A stretch of 63,845 nucleotides of DNA, filler included, from Octopus bimaculoides (Eukaryota): NCBI RefSeq assembly GCF_001194135.2. It is 7 parts of 7 records of this genome, joined end to end, with 100 filler letters (N's around TTAATTAATTAA, not from the genome) between each part and the next. Parts side by side here need not be neighbours in the genome. Positions count along the whole stretch, not along the records: positions 21,740 to 47,610 come from NC_068981.1; 6 more parts are not named here. One strand, given 5' to 3'. Below the pieces are notes generated by a model that did not search any database, was not told the DNA's origin, and worked only from the letters and a program-made list of their open reading frames with translations. The position numbers and the translations under genes are program-made. Below, piece after piece: positions 25,199 to 36,787 of this stretch (the first letter of the stretch is position 1; each line of letters starts with the position of its first letter).

Positions 25199-26774
25199 AA
25201 CGCTTACACGCGTGCACACGCACATACACACACACATATATGTCAGTCTATCTTCTGGTGTGAGCTGTCAATTATCCTATGCAAAATGTGTTTGCGTAGG
25301 TCTGCACGTGTTTAACAGTACTAAATTCAAATGTTAGTTAGTGTTACGGTCTTTCACAGCAGAAAATGTGATGTCCTTTTTGTAGTTATTGATGTTTGTG
25401 TTTTATGTATTATTTTATGTCATTGTCCTGTTTCCAAATCTTTTTACTCTTAGCCAACTCTAGATAGATATTCCACATCTTAGGGACTCGGACTCCCTGC
25501 ATAAAATTATTAATCGTTTTATTTTTCTTTCATAAAATTAAATCACTTAAGGATTTAAGCAAATCACAAAACTATCTTTGAAAGATTTGACGGTACTTAA
25601 TCCATCAAGCATCACTAAAAGTTTTCAGATTTTTACTTTTACCTAAAACATTGTTCAGACCAAATTCTTCTATAATTCTTTATTAGGAGGCCATTTCTCT
25701 CGTATGGCTCCCTTACTAATGGCAGGTGCCAAGGTTCCTCTACCATAGGGAATATACCTTGCGTTTATAATAACACTACAAATATAGAATTAAACACAAA
25801 AATAGTTCAAAAATACATTTGAATATAATTAACTTAGACCAATTTCTTGCGGAACTCCTACCATACTCTCGCAGAATCTTGGCATTTTAGTGAGCTTCTG
25901 ATAGAAAACGCAGCTTTATATTAATGAATGTGTTGCTGAGGAGGTCCAAATCGAATTCCTAATGATCCTATTGATTTCAAAGATAATAAACAAGGCTACT
26001 TCCTTTATTTCCGAACACAGGAATATAGGACGATTTGAATTCATGACTGCAACGCAATGATCAGTGTGCACCTATGTTAACCCTTTCGAAAGTTGAAATT
26101 CTTAAATGCGTAGCTTTTCTGCGGTTAGGTCACTAAAATAAATCGCTAAACTATCTCAAATAGATTTTAGTCTTGTAAAATAGAAATCCACTTTACAAGT
26201 GCCTCTGTGTAAATCTTCACCCACAAATATATAGCAAATTTCCAAGTCAGGCCACACCTTCTTAGAATAAGATACTGTATAATGTAGATCTGTGTTCCCT
26301 GAACATAGGATAGTATGGGGAGATCATGGCTTGGAAAGCTTTTAACTGTTGGTATGCTCATTCAGGAATGACCGGGGCTAAAAACATCAGCAAAAAGAAC
26401 AAGTAACACAAGTAAAATGAATAGCCTTACTGCTTGAAGTTACGAGAACATTGAACCACAAACCTTTAGGATTGTTTTCCTTATGTTATCCGTACACCTA
26501 ACTATCTGTACTTATGCGTTACTTAGTTGACTGTATGTTACATTAAGACGCAACTCTAATCTAAGAATTTATTTATTGTTTTTTGTCTTTGATAAGATGC
26601 AAAAAAATTTCAAGGGTTACACAATGGGAGATTGTAACCTTAATGTCTTTTCCTTAATGCTCAATAGCGTAAAGTCAATTAGCCCCAATGGCCAGCGTAC
26701 TGTAGTACTAGCTGCCACAGTAATTGTCTAAGCTCTGTTACATCGTAATGGAATGCTGTTATTTAGTTACACTT

Positions 26775-26982
26775 TAAGGTAGCGGGTTGGCAGCGTCATT
26801 ATTGCACTGGATAACATTAATAACGGTATTTCTTCCGGCATTCCGTTCCGAATTCAAACTCCGCAAAGTTCGACTTTGTCTTTTATCTTTTCGGGCTCTA
26901 TAAAATAAATACCATTCGAAAACTGGGGTCGATGTAATCGATTATCCCCCACCCACCAAAAAATTTCAAGCCTTGTGTCAAT
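26775..26982 (+). mobile_element. SINE family B, diverged
   Basis: CGAATTCAAACTCCGC..TTCGACTTTGTCTTTTATC..GGGGTCGATGTAATCGA. Confidence 0.75.
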
Positions 26983-27337
26983 ATTTAAAGTAATTTAGCT
27001 ACACTCTAATCAGTGCATTTAAGATTTGGCATTTGTAAACGCCAACCTCTTCAGTTTCATCCATCGAAAAGGTTTCCTCCAGTCTGTAAATCTTCTCATT
27101 CCTACAGTCAAGAATCGCAACATCTTTCAACTTCGTAACTGATATCATATCACTCGCGCTTCCGAAAACAGTTATATCAATTCATTGATTCTGCTTCCTT
27201 TGTTACATTAGTACCATTTCTATACAGACAGATCTACTGAAAACTTACTATCTTTGGTCGCATACTAAAATGGTCCTTTCTTACCCCTCTTGATATCATC
27301 GGTAACATTTTTTTTTTTTTTACGCTTTTCACGGAAA

Positions 27338-27845
27338 TTATCTATATTTAATAACAACGCAACCTACCCTACTTAATAAAACGAAAGAAACAAACAAAAA
27401 CTGAAATTTTTTGTTGTTAAATATTTTGGTTGTTCCTATGAATTGAAAGAACTTATTAATGGTCGGCAGATCCTTGGAAATGAATTGTATCTTTAACATT
27501 GGTAATCTTTTGAAAACTGGCTTTAAAATTTTATCTCTCTCAATCTGATAATTTTTACATTGAACTATATAATGCCATAAACTTTCTGAATAGTCTCGGT
27601 AAAAACATAAAGGTGATTCCATACGACCTGTTTGCGATAGTATATAATATGACCCGTACGTAGTCAACAAAATCTTTGATTATTTGTATTGTTCAGTGAT
27701 CGATAAGTTTTATAAGATGATAAATCTGCTTGAGATAATGGCGGATTAAAGTTTGATATTTTATCTATTGATTCTTCCAAATATTTTCTCGACTCTTAAC
27801 TGATTACGTTTTTACAAAATGGTCTTGGGATAGATTTAAATGTAA

Positions 27846-27902
<57 letters not shown>

Positions 27903-28326
27903 CTTCCTGTTGTCTTATTTTTTGGGAAGACCCTGTTTGTTTGTTTGTTTTGTTGTTTTTTTTATCTTGTTTTGCTGATACTTCTTTTGTTTTCCGTAAT
28001 ATTTGTATGAGCTACCATCTAAATTATTGTTATCTTTCTATTGCTTTTAGCGGTATAATTTCGATTTTTTTTTTTTCATAACACAACCACTTCTTGATTG
28101 AAATAAATCTAGATTAGATAAACTAGCAGCAAAAAAAACAAAAAAACCCTTTCCCCATGCCATTTCTTTAGCAAAATCTGAAATTATTATTCCGAACCAC
28201 TCTGCGTCACTTATAAAATCACCAGGTAATTTTGAGCTGATATTTTTATCAATATATTGATAATTTCAAGTACCTCCACGCCTAGCCCATAGTCTGAATT
28301 TGACCCATCTATATAACTAACCAAGA
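27338..28326 (-). mobile_element. Degraded RNase H-bearing LINE (I-group-like) 3' region
   Basis: RNase H-like YIDGSNSDYGLG (about 28270-28316) and DAEWFGII; then LRTGH and a degenerate CCHC knuckle SPLCFYRDYSESLWHYIVQCKNYQIER. Frameshifted and interrupted by microsatellites. Confidence 0.65.
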
Positions 28327-29289
28327 TATCAAGTTTCATTGGATATNNNNNNNNNNNNNNNNNNNNNNNNNNNNNNNNNNNNNNNNNNNNNNNNNNNNNN
28401 NNNNNNNNNNNNNNNNNNNNNNNNNNNNNNNNNNNNNNNNNNNNNNNNNNNNNNNNNNNNNNNNNNNNNNNNNNNNNNNNNNNNNNNNNNNNNNNNNNNN
28501 NNNNNNNNNNNNNNNNNNNNNNNNNNNNNNNNNNNNNNNNNNNNNNNNNNNNNNNNNNNNNNNNNNNNNNNNNNNNNNNNNNNNNNNNNNNNNNNNNNNN
28601 NNNNNNNNNNNNNNNNNNNNNNNNNNNNNNNNNNNNNNNNNNNNNNNNNNNNNNNNNNNNNNNNNNNNNNNNNNNNNNNNNNNNNNNNNNNNNNNNNNNN
28701 NNNNNNCCCCCCCCCCATACCTATAGGAGAAAGGATAATTATTAGTAGTATCAATAGTGCTACTTCAGGTATTATTAATGGCTTAATTTCATATTTCATC
28801 TGTGCCTGTAGCAGAATATTCGTCTAATGCATTTTTAGTAGAGATATTAACAATGTTAAGTGTTTAATGAATGCTAAGTGGAGATACTGCAATCTTTGGA
28901 GTGAGAGGAGCAAATGATATATTTTTTAACTTGTTTGTTTAAAAAGAAATTTCGCAAAATATTTTAAGTGTTACTTATGATCATTAGTAAAGCATATATA
29001 ACGTTTTTTGAAAACTAATCGCCCTATGATGCCAATTTTCTTTCAGAAACTTGAAAGAAGGTTTGATATTAAGAGTTCATTTGTTCAATTCCAGCGAATC
29101 ACTGGTATTGCCAACACAGGAAAGTCGAAATTACTGTTGACATCAAAGTAAAATAATAAAATATTCTAGTAAGTACGTAAAAAGTATAACATATAACATT
29201 GTACTAATAAGGACTGTACAGATATAGCATTTTACTAATAGGGATTTCGAATATTGACACAATGTCATACATTTTAGAAGTTTCTAGAT

Positions 29290-29438
29290 CAGATACGGGC
29301 GCTTTCGAGAAACGGGCCGCATGAGACACGGCTCATCATGCTTTTAGTGACACTGCACTACTGAAAACAACCTCTGTAGTTTTTCATTAAGCACGTTGTT
29401 CCGTGGGCTGCGTGCGGTCCGCAGTTTGCTTATGACAG
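29290..29438. mobile_element. Degenerate hAT-Charlie-type MITE
   Basis: Flanked by TTCTAGAT and GTCTAGAT (7/8; nTCTAGAn Charlie target). Starts CAG; subterminal GGGCCGCATG / GCGTGCGGTCCGCAGTTTG. Confidence 0.5.
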
Positions 29439-30357
29439 GTCTAGATTAACCCCAGTTCTTAACTGGGACTTTGATTTATTGGACCACAGAAGTATGGATG
29501 GTAAAGTTGACCCATGCAAGGTCAACTGGAACGTAAAAGAAGTAGTTAGTATTGATTTCTGACATGGTACAATATCAGTATTTGACTGATAGTTTCTTTA
29601 TCGACCTGGAAGAATGAAGAACAAACTCAGGACGTAATATCACGCATAAAACATATACCATGAGGGTTTTTATACCATCACTCTAATGATTCTGTTATTC
29701 ATGCCTTGTGACATTTTGTAGAGGTGTGTGTGTGTGTGTGATTTTAACTGGGAATTACGTTAAAGCTACGCGTTTCTGTGAAATATTCAGTCACTTAATT
29801 CAATGAGCAGGTAATTCATTTGATCAAGCAACTGAATCGTTATCGTAGAGACCGACGGAGAGCCTTCTGGTATAGTATACATATATATACATGCGCACCA
29901 CACGCACATACATACACACAGACATGCGCACACACAGACACACACACATATGTATACAGAGAGAGAGAGAGAGAGAGTGACAGAGAGAGAAAGTGAGAAA
30001 GAGAGACAGTGATAGAGGGAAAGAAATAGATCAAACAAAAGAAAGGGAAGAAAGAAAAAAAATGAAAAGCAACGAAAACAACAAACATTAATAAGACCAT
30101 AATAAAGATGATTAATTATTAAAATATGCGGGGTGAGAAAGGAGGGCAGCCCAGCATAAAAGAGGACAGCCATAGTGTTTAGCAATTTCCGCGAGAATGT
30201 GTGTACATTAGATTGTGTGTGTGGTTAGATATAGCCATAGATATACAAAATTAGGGAAGTAATTATTAATTAGCAGAACGTAAGTGTTTGTCATTTTATA
30301 TGTAAAGTTAATGTATGGAGGGGCGTGGGGGATAAAAAAAATAATAAATGGTGTGCG

Positions 30358-30488
30358 GAAATTATGAAATGTTTTAAGGATTTCGTCAAAAGCTTCGTGA
30401 AATTTGACTAGTGTTTTCCAACAATTTGTAAAATGTCGTCAAATTCCATACAGCATTTGACAAATCCCATAAAACGTTTAATCATTTC
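30358..30488. mobile_element. Palindromic MITE-like element
   Basis: Imperfect arms 30358-30390 and 30456-30488 (GAAAT.AT.AAA.GTTTTA..GATTT.GTCAAA), with an inner GAAATTTGAC/GTCAAATTCC pair. Confidence 0.55.
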
Positions 30489-30490
30489 TC

Positions 30491-30646
30491 AACGGCTGTG
30501 TGGTAAGTAGCTTGCTTACCAACCACATGGTTCCGGGTTCAGTCCCACCACATGGCATCTTGGGCAAGTGTGTGCTACTATACCCACGAGCCGACCAAAG
30601 TCTTGTGAGTGGATTTGGTAGACCGAAATTGAAAAAAAGCCCGTCG

Positions 30647-30723
<77 letters not shown>

Positions 30724-30905
30724 CCAACATCGCTTGACAACCGACGCTGGTGTGTTTACGTCCCCGTAACTTAGTGGTTCGGCAAAAGAGACCGATAGAA
30801 TAAGTACTAGGCTTCCAAAGAATAAGTCCCGGGGTCGATTTGCTCGACTAAAGGCGGTGCTCCAGCATGGCCACAGTCAAAAGTCTGAAACAAGTAAGAG
30901 TAAGT
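30491..30905 (+). mobile_element. SINE family A, full length
   Basis: Head GGCTGTGTGGTAAGTAGC..GGTTCAGTCCC, (TA)/(TG) slot, 3' end GAAACAAGTAAGAG. Confidence 0.92.
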
Positions 30906-30943
30906 AAGAGCATTAAAATTTTATCATTATAATTCACACTACA

Positions 30944-31147
30944 AAGGTGACGAGCTGGTAAAATCGTTTCCCCGCCGGGAAAAATGCTCAGCGGCATTTC
31001 GTCCGTCCTGAGTTCAAATTCCGCCGAGGTCGAGTTTTGCCTTTCATCTATTCGAACAAAACAAGTACCAGTTGAACAGTGGGGTCGATGTAATCGATTC
31101 ACCCTCTCCCCTGAAATTGCTGGCCTTGATCCAGAATTTGAAATCAT
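30944..31147 (+). mobile_element. SINE family B
   Basis: AAGGTGACGAGCTGG..CTGAGTTCAAATTCCGCCGAGGTCGAG..CCAGAATTTGAAATCATT. Confidence 0.88.
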
Positions 31148-31439
31148 TATCATTATTATTAAGGCAGAGAACAGGGGGAGAATATTTAGAATAAGCACAT
31201 GTAAAAAGTCTGATTCAAACCACTCGATTATGATCTTTCAATGATAATATATCAATAAAGGAAGTTACCCGGTGAAAAAAGCTTAAGAAAGGATCTGCTC
31301 CAAACAGAAACTGTAAGGAAAACGTAAAGATAGTTCAAGTATATAAGAGTTTTACCTGTCTACTTCGACAGAATATATATATACATACACAATACCTAAC
31401 AGGGGATAGTGGAGATCAAATAAGTCTTCACCTGCAATA

Positions 31440-31985
31440 AAGGATTCCATCTATCTTGTCACGTTTGACACATCTATTCTGAGGTGGTCTCAGCTCTCAT
31501 GGCTACCGCTCAAGCGACTTTCTTCTGCAATAGATAACGCACTAGTTTTGCTGGCAAATTCCAGAAGCCATTTTCCACGAGGAGTGAGTCAGCATGCTAC
31601 CTTTTCACAAGAGCTTCGTGTGTCAAATTCTGGTATTTTGTTTTCTTCGGTTGGTGAAAGATGCCAAGTTCTGTCCTTCCACAGTACTGTTAATTCAGTT
31701 ACTAAAGCGGTTTTTAATGTTCCTGAATAACAAAACTTGGTCGGCTCGTGGGTATAGTAGCACACACTTGCCCAAGATGCCATGTGGTGGGACTGAACCC
31801 GGAACCATGTGGTTGGTAAGCAAGCTACTTACCACACAGCCGTTGAGAAATGATTAAACGTTTTGTTATTCAGGTTTGATCGGATCAATGTTAGTACTGA
31901 TCTTCAAGGAAGACGAATCTCTTCATAACGTCTGTTCCTCTCAGTCAGAAGCACGCTGCAGAATGCTTTTGGCCTTAGAAGGTTT
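31440..31985 (-). mobile_element. Hero/R2-group (REL endonuclease) retrotransposon fragment, split by an insertion at 31737-31870
   Basis: Minus-strand peptide pieces SILQRASD*, KRFVF, IRSNL|VL-YSGTLKTALVTELTV, KKTKYQNL and AETTSE* follow the order of the PD..D/ELT..K REL domain. Confidence 0.7.
31737..31864 (-). repeat. Perfect 128-bp inverted duplication of 30471-30598
   Basis: Base-by-base reverse complement identical, including non-SINE flank and copy-private variants. Confidence 0.95.
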
Positions 31986-32999
31986 ATAACCTTCGATAAA
32001 AATACCACTAAGTAACATTTATCTTCGACAGTAGATTATGATGGTTTGAGTTACTAAAATATTAACTCCTATATTGAATAACAAGTCAATATACAAACAG
32101 GTCTAGCTATGTGTTCAGCTCTATGTAATTTATTTATTATTGCAGTCGGAACGTAAAGCCTACGTTAAAAGGTGTTCAGCTGTGTTAATGGTGTTATTTA
32201 GTTATTTATAGATGTTATGTTGTTATACATATGTCATTGTGAGACACTACAACATTTGTGATGTTCAATGAAAACGCTTGTTAATTGAGTGTGAAATGTG
32301 AATTGTGAAACTGGTGAATTATAAATGGAATTTTATATATATAATACACATATATTCACACTCATATATAGACATATATACATGCATACTTACATTTGCA
32401 TCTGTGTAGGGATGGGACGTACTTACGTGTGTGCGTGCGTGAGCGCGCGCGTGTGTATGTATGTGTGCGTGTGCGTGTGTGTGTGTAAATACTAGCAGTA
32501 AGTCAACCACTATAGCTTTGGTTCATAAATTAAGCTTAACAAATTACCGCTATGAATAAATAAATAATCTACTTTCCCTCTTCTATGAATCTGATTGACA
32601 CTATGATTAAAGGAGATATATGTAATATCTGACGATATATTTCAATCGAAACTGCGCTCGGAAAGCGTTGAAAATCGTGGTTGACTGAACAACAAGAGTT
32701 AAAAGCAATGAAAATTCGCATATATAACACTAATTGTGAACCTATGTTACTTTTGTTGGTGTTGTTGTTGTGTTGTTAGTAACCTGTCAAACGTCTACTT
32801 TTGTCATGCAGTGTCGCTGTCTCAGAAAGTCACATTTTACTTACTGTACAGTTGTTTTTATAAATGTTTAACTCTATATCAGCAGTACTCAATATCAGCA
32901 ATAGTTTTTCAGAGGCATGACCAGAGATGTATTCTTGACCATGATGTCTTTTGCATACATCAAAGAATAATAATAATAATTATTATTATTATTATCATT

Positions 33000-33410
33000 G
33001 CGGCGAGCTTGAAAAGAATGCTTAGCGGTATTTCGTCCCTCGCTACGGACGAAATACCGCTGGGTTCAAATTCCATCGAGGTCGACTTTGCCATTCATCC
33101 TTTCGGTGTCGATTAAATAAGTACCAGTTACGTACTGAGGTCGATGTAATCGACTTACCTCACTTCCCGCAAATTTCACGCCTTGTGCTTATAATAGAAG
33201 GGATTATTATTATAATTATGGCGGCGAGCTAGACAAAATGCTTAACGTTATTTCGTCCGTCGCTACGTTCTGAGTTCAAATTCCACCGAAGTCGACTTTG
33301 TCTTTCATCCTTTCGAGGTCGATGAATTTAGTACCAGTTGAACACTGGCGTCGATGTAATCGACTCATCCCCACCTCTTCCAAGCTGCCCTTAAGGCAAA
33401 AATTTGAAAT
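33000..33410 (+). mobile_element. Two tandem SINE family B copies separated by (ATT)n
   Basis: GCGGCGAGCT heads at 33000 and 33221; each has the B-box and the CCTTTCGG.GTCGAT segment. Confidence 0.9.
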
Positions 33411-33493
33411 AATAATAATAATTATTATATGGCAGCGAAAATATTATTATTATAATAATAATAATAATAATTATTATTATTATTATTATTATT

Positions 33494-33757
33494 GCCTTTG
33501 CACAACTTCTAACGCTGGAGATGTACTACAGTTTCAGCTGTTCACTACCAGTGAACTAAGGTAACACCTTTTATTTTTCGAGCGCCTTCCAGAGTATTCG
33601 AGCGGTTCCAAGCAGTGCTGTTTACTGCAAGTGCTCCACCTTTATTGCAGCCCCTATTTGTTTCACGTACTTCTTGAGATTTTTGCTCACTGTTCCAGAG
33701 GGTTCCGACAATTATTGGTACTACTGCTACCTTTTTCATTGACCACAACTGCTGATT
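33494..33757 (-). mobile_element. 5'-truncated REL-type (R4/Dong-like) retrotransposon in (TAA)n
   Basis: Translation with one frameshift: WSMKKVAVVPIIVGTL / GTVSKNLKKYVKQIG..LQ*TALLGTARILWKALEK*. (AAT)n at both ends. Confidence 0.8.
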
Positions 33758-34017
33758 GTTATTATTATTATTATTTCAAGAATAACAGTATCTAATTTGA
33801 GCAGTATTTCGTTGGTATTTTGAACTATTTAAGGGATCACCCAGACATTTTCGCGTTGTTGGTGGTATTGTTGTCTAACCTAAACCAACATTGATTCAGA
33901 GACCTTTGATTCAAAGGATTTTATAAATGGAGGAGATACAATTTAAAAAAAAAATTTAAGAATGCTGTACGAGATGTAGATATACCTTGGTGTTTGAGGG
34001 TATTGTAATTATATTGG

Positions 34018-34186
34018 TTTCAAATTTTGGCACAAGGCCAGCAATTTAGAGCAAGTGGGAAAGACGATCGAAGCGACTGGTAGTTATTTTCTCGACCCGG
34101 CATTTGAATTCAGGGCGGAAAGACGGACGAAATACTGCTAAGCTTTTCACTCAGTATGCTAACAATTCTGCCAACACCGCCGCCTT
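34018..34186 (-). mobile_element. SINE family B, partial
   Basis: CAAATTTTGGCACAAGGCC..GACGGACGAAATACTGCTAAGC..CAATTCTGCCAAC.CCGCCGCCTT. Confidence 0.8.
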
Positions 34187-34642
34187 CGTATTGAACTTAT
34201 ATTGACAGAAACTGTGGGATTAGGGTTTGATACTGAAACTGCGGGGATGTCTGAGGTTTGTATAAACACTGAACTTTTGAAGCAATCGCAACCAAGTAAA
34301 AGCAACCCGTAATTAGAATGTACGCGGAAAGCCTTTTGCTTTTCATTTACGTATCGTTTTTCAACACAGCGTTGTTTATATACAAGACTACTGAGCATGA
34401 TATGCGGGTGTGCCTCTCTGAAACTGTGTCTCTAATTGTGTTACCTGTTAAAAAAAAATTAAGGTCATCCATCTCATTAAAAATCTATCATTAAATTAAA
34501 CGGAATTGATTTGTTATAGAGGCACAGGGTCAGAAATTTTGGTAGGAGAATCAGCTTATGATACGTCATCAAAATGATGAAAGTTAAATTTGAACACAGT
34601 GGGATTTGAAATTATATCAAATTAATAGTAAATAATACTTAC

Positions 34643-34855
34643 TTGCTGTCCGTTCCACAGCATCTGTTTTACACTGTATTCTACACACAGGCTATGCCAT
34701 TGCCAGGCATTATTAAGTGGAATGGAAGAAGAAAATGTTTGAACACCTGTACTTAAATCACTGACGTTGTTATTGTTGTTGCTGTTGATTAAGTCAATTA
34801 CAAGGTTGAGCCAGCAGGTGTGTATGTATAAGTCTATATTTTCTAATACTGTGTT
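34643..34855 (-). CDS. Candidate phase-0/0 coding exon (71 aa, ..NAWQWHSLCVEYSVKQMLWNGQQ)
   Basis: Acceptor atcactttcag|, donor CAA|gtaagta, 213 nt open in frame 0. Weak resemblance to the LamG/pentraxin WH..C..(Y/W)..NG pattern. Unconfirmed. Confidence 0.3.
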
Positions 34856-34869
34856 CTGAAAGTGATATA

Positions 34870-35069
34870 CACAGACATGACAGGAGTAAATAGACACCCC
34901 ATAAAACATGGTTTTATGCTTATTTTAACATGAAAAATGTAAAGGACATGTCTTCTAAATATTAGATATTCACATTATAATAATTAATAAATAATCTGAA
35001 TGTATGATTACAGATTTAAATTAATTTTAATGAATATAAGGGTGTCTGTTTACTTCTATCATGTCTGTA
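34870..35069. mobile_element. Tc1-like MITE
   Basis: 30-bp TIRs, 26/30 matching (CACAGACATGACAGGAGTAAATAGACACCC), TA on both sides. Confidence 0.8.
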
Positions 35070-35104
35070 TATATCAGACCTACCGTACAAATATATATAT
35101 ATAT

Positions 35105-35228
35105 AAACTGAAAGACGTTTGCAATAAGTGTGTGAATCTGAGAGGGGAACATGTTGAATAAAATCGCAATTAACTGATCCTCGTATATTTTCCTTTACAC
35201 AAAACTAGGAACTCTTCAGCAGCCCCTC

Positions 35229-35230
<2 letters not shown>
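35105..35230 (+). mobile_element. Mariner 3' end fragment
   Basis: KLKDVCNKCVNLRGEHVE* resembles the mariner C-terminus (KC...GDY.E*), followed by a TIR-like AGGAACTCTTCAGCAGCCCCTCATA. Confidence 0.6.
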
Positions 35231-35290
<60 letters not shown>

Positions 35291-35369
35291 ATATATATGT
35301 ATATATATGTATATATGTATATATATNNNNNNNNNNNNNNNNNNNNNNNNNNNNNNNNNNNNNNNNNNN

Positions 35370-35401
<32 letters not shown>

Positions 35402-36314
35402 ATATATATATATGACGGTTTATATAATGGGTGACGCGAAACGAATGATAGAACATTTACACTCAAAACTGGCTGGAACTGAACTAAATGTAATAATGCT
35501 GGATCGTCTATTCTAGCTTTCTACGCTTAGTAAGATTCTGTTTTGTTTTTGCAAACCAGAAGCTGATATTGTGCTCATTGATTACATAATTAACATCAAC
35601 TCAAAGATGCATTAAGAAATTATTCTACTGGTTTCATTATAATGCTACGAGAGACACAACCGTATAACAAAAACTGAATATTTTTATTATGAAATTCTTG
35701 TACGATATCATTTCGCTATCATGATGTATAAAAACGGTTGTATCTTTTTCATGGAGATACATTTTCATATATCAAAAAAATAAATATTATAATCAGGAAA
35801 CTCGTTTAAAGTTGCAGTGTATGACAATTTTCTTCTGGTCTTCGACATTTTCTCGATCGATGATAGATAAATACAAGTGTGTTAACGTGATGTCGACAAT
35901 AAGGTTTCATTGCTAATACCAAATTTCGGCTGTAGGGACAGAGATATTTCAGAATAAAGAATCAATAAATTATGCTGAAATGTTTGAGGATGTGTGTAAG
36001 GTGAGAAGGAAACAGCTCCGATTCAGTGGAAAGTTGAGGAAGGAAGGAGAAAGTGGGACGTAGCAAAGGATCATGCAGGAAGACTTTGCCGTGATGGATG
36101 TCACCTGGGAAGTAGGGTGCAGTTTTATAAGTACTACTTGGAGAACTCTCATCATCGGATGTTATTTGAATGGACGGAGAAAACGTCATAATATGATCAC
36201 TACGCCATTAATAAACGCATAAATTAGTCTTACTATTAGTGTTAACGCCTAAATAGTGCTTTATTTTTATAGCAATTTACTATAAGTTCTTTCGTGGACA
36301 GGAAAATATTGCCG

Positions 36315-36787
36315 GGTGCCACTTTGGCGTATGATCTACTACTTAAGGGCGATTGCTCTAGGTTAATTTTTAGTTTACTTTTCAATTACTAAAGGCCCTT
36401 AAGATGTTGGTTTAAAATTTTTACAATGTGATCAGCCACGAGACGAAGGCAGTTGCATTTTTACGGAGAAATGACCTTTTAAATGACAAGGAAAATGCTG
36501 CACTGTCATCGCTGTGGTGGAGAAATGAAAGAAGTTCGAAGAAAAAGGGGAAAACGGTGAAATTTTGCCAACTTTACGTTGCAAAACTCTCCAAACTTAT
36601 CAGTCTATCCGCACTGGAAATTTTTCTTATATACCGCAACCTTTCTCTTATGATAAGGTACATCAGTTAACTGGTAAAGATACGGGATCAAATTTGACCA
36701 TTTTTCTTGTAGTAATTGAAAAGTAAACTAAAAAGTAACCTAAAGCAATCACCCTTTAAGTTGTAGATCACACACCAAGGTAGCACC
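36315..36787 (+). mobile_element. Internally deleted Merlin (IS1595/ISXO2-like) DNA transposon
   Basis: TIRs 36315-36391 and 36710-36787 (8 mismatches + 1 indel, starting GG); 8-bp TSD TATTGCCG/GATTGCCG; frameshifted FLRRNDLL..HCHRCGGEMKEV..LRCKT..SIRTG zinc ribbon. Confidence 0.8.

Noticed and set aside
35950-36190. Possible degraded RTE ORF end
   Set aside because: Only a vague resemblance, with no diagnostic motif.
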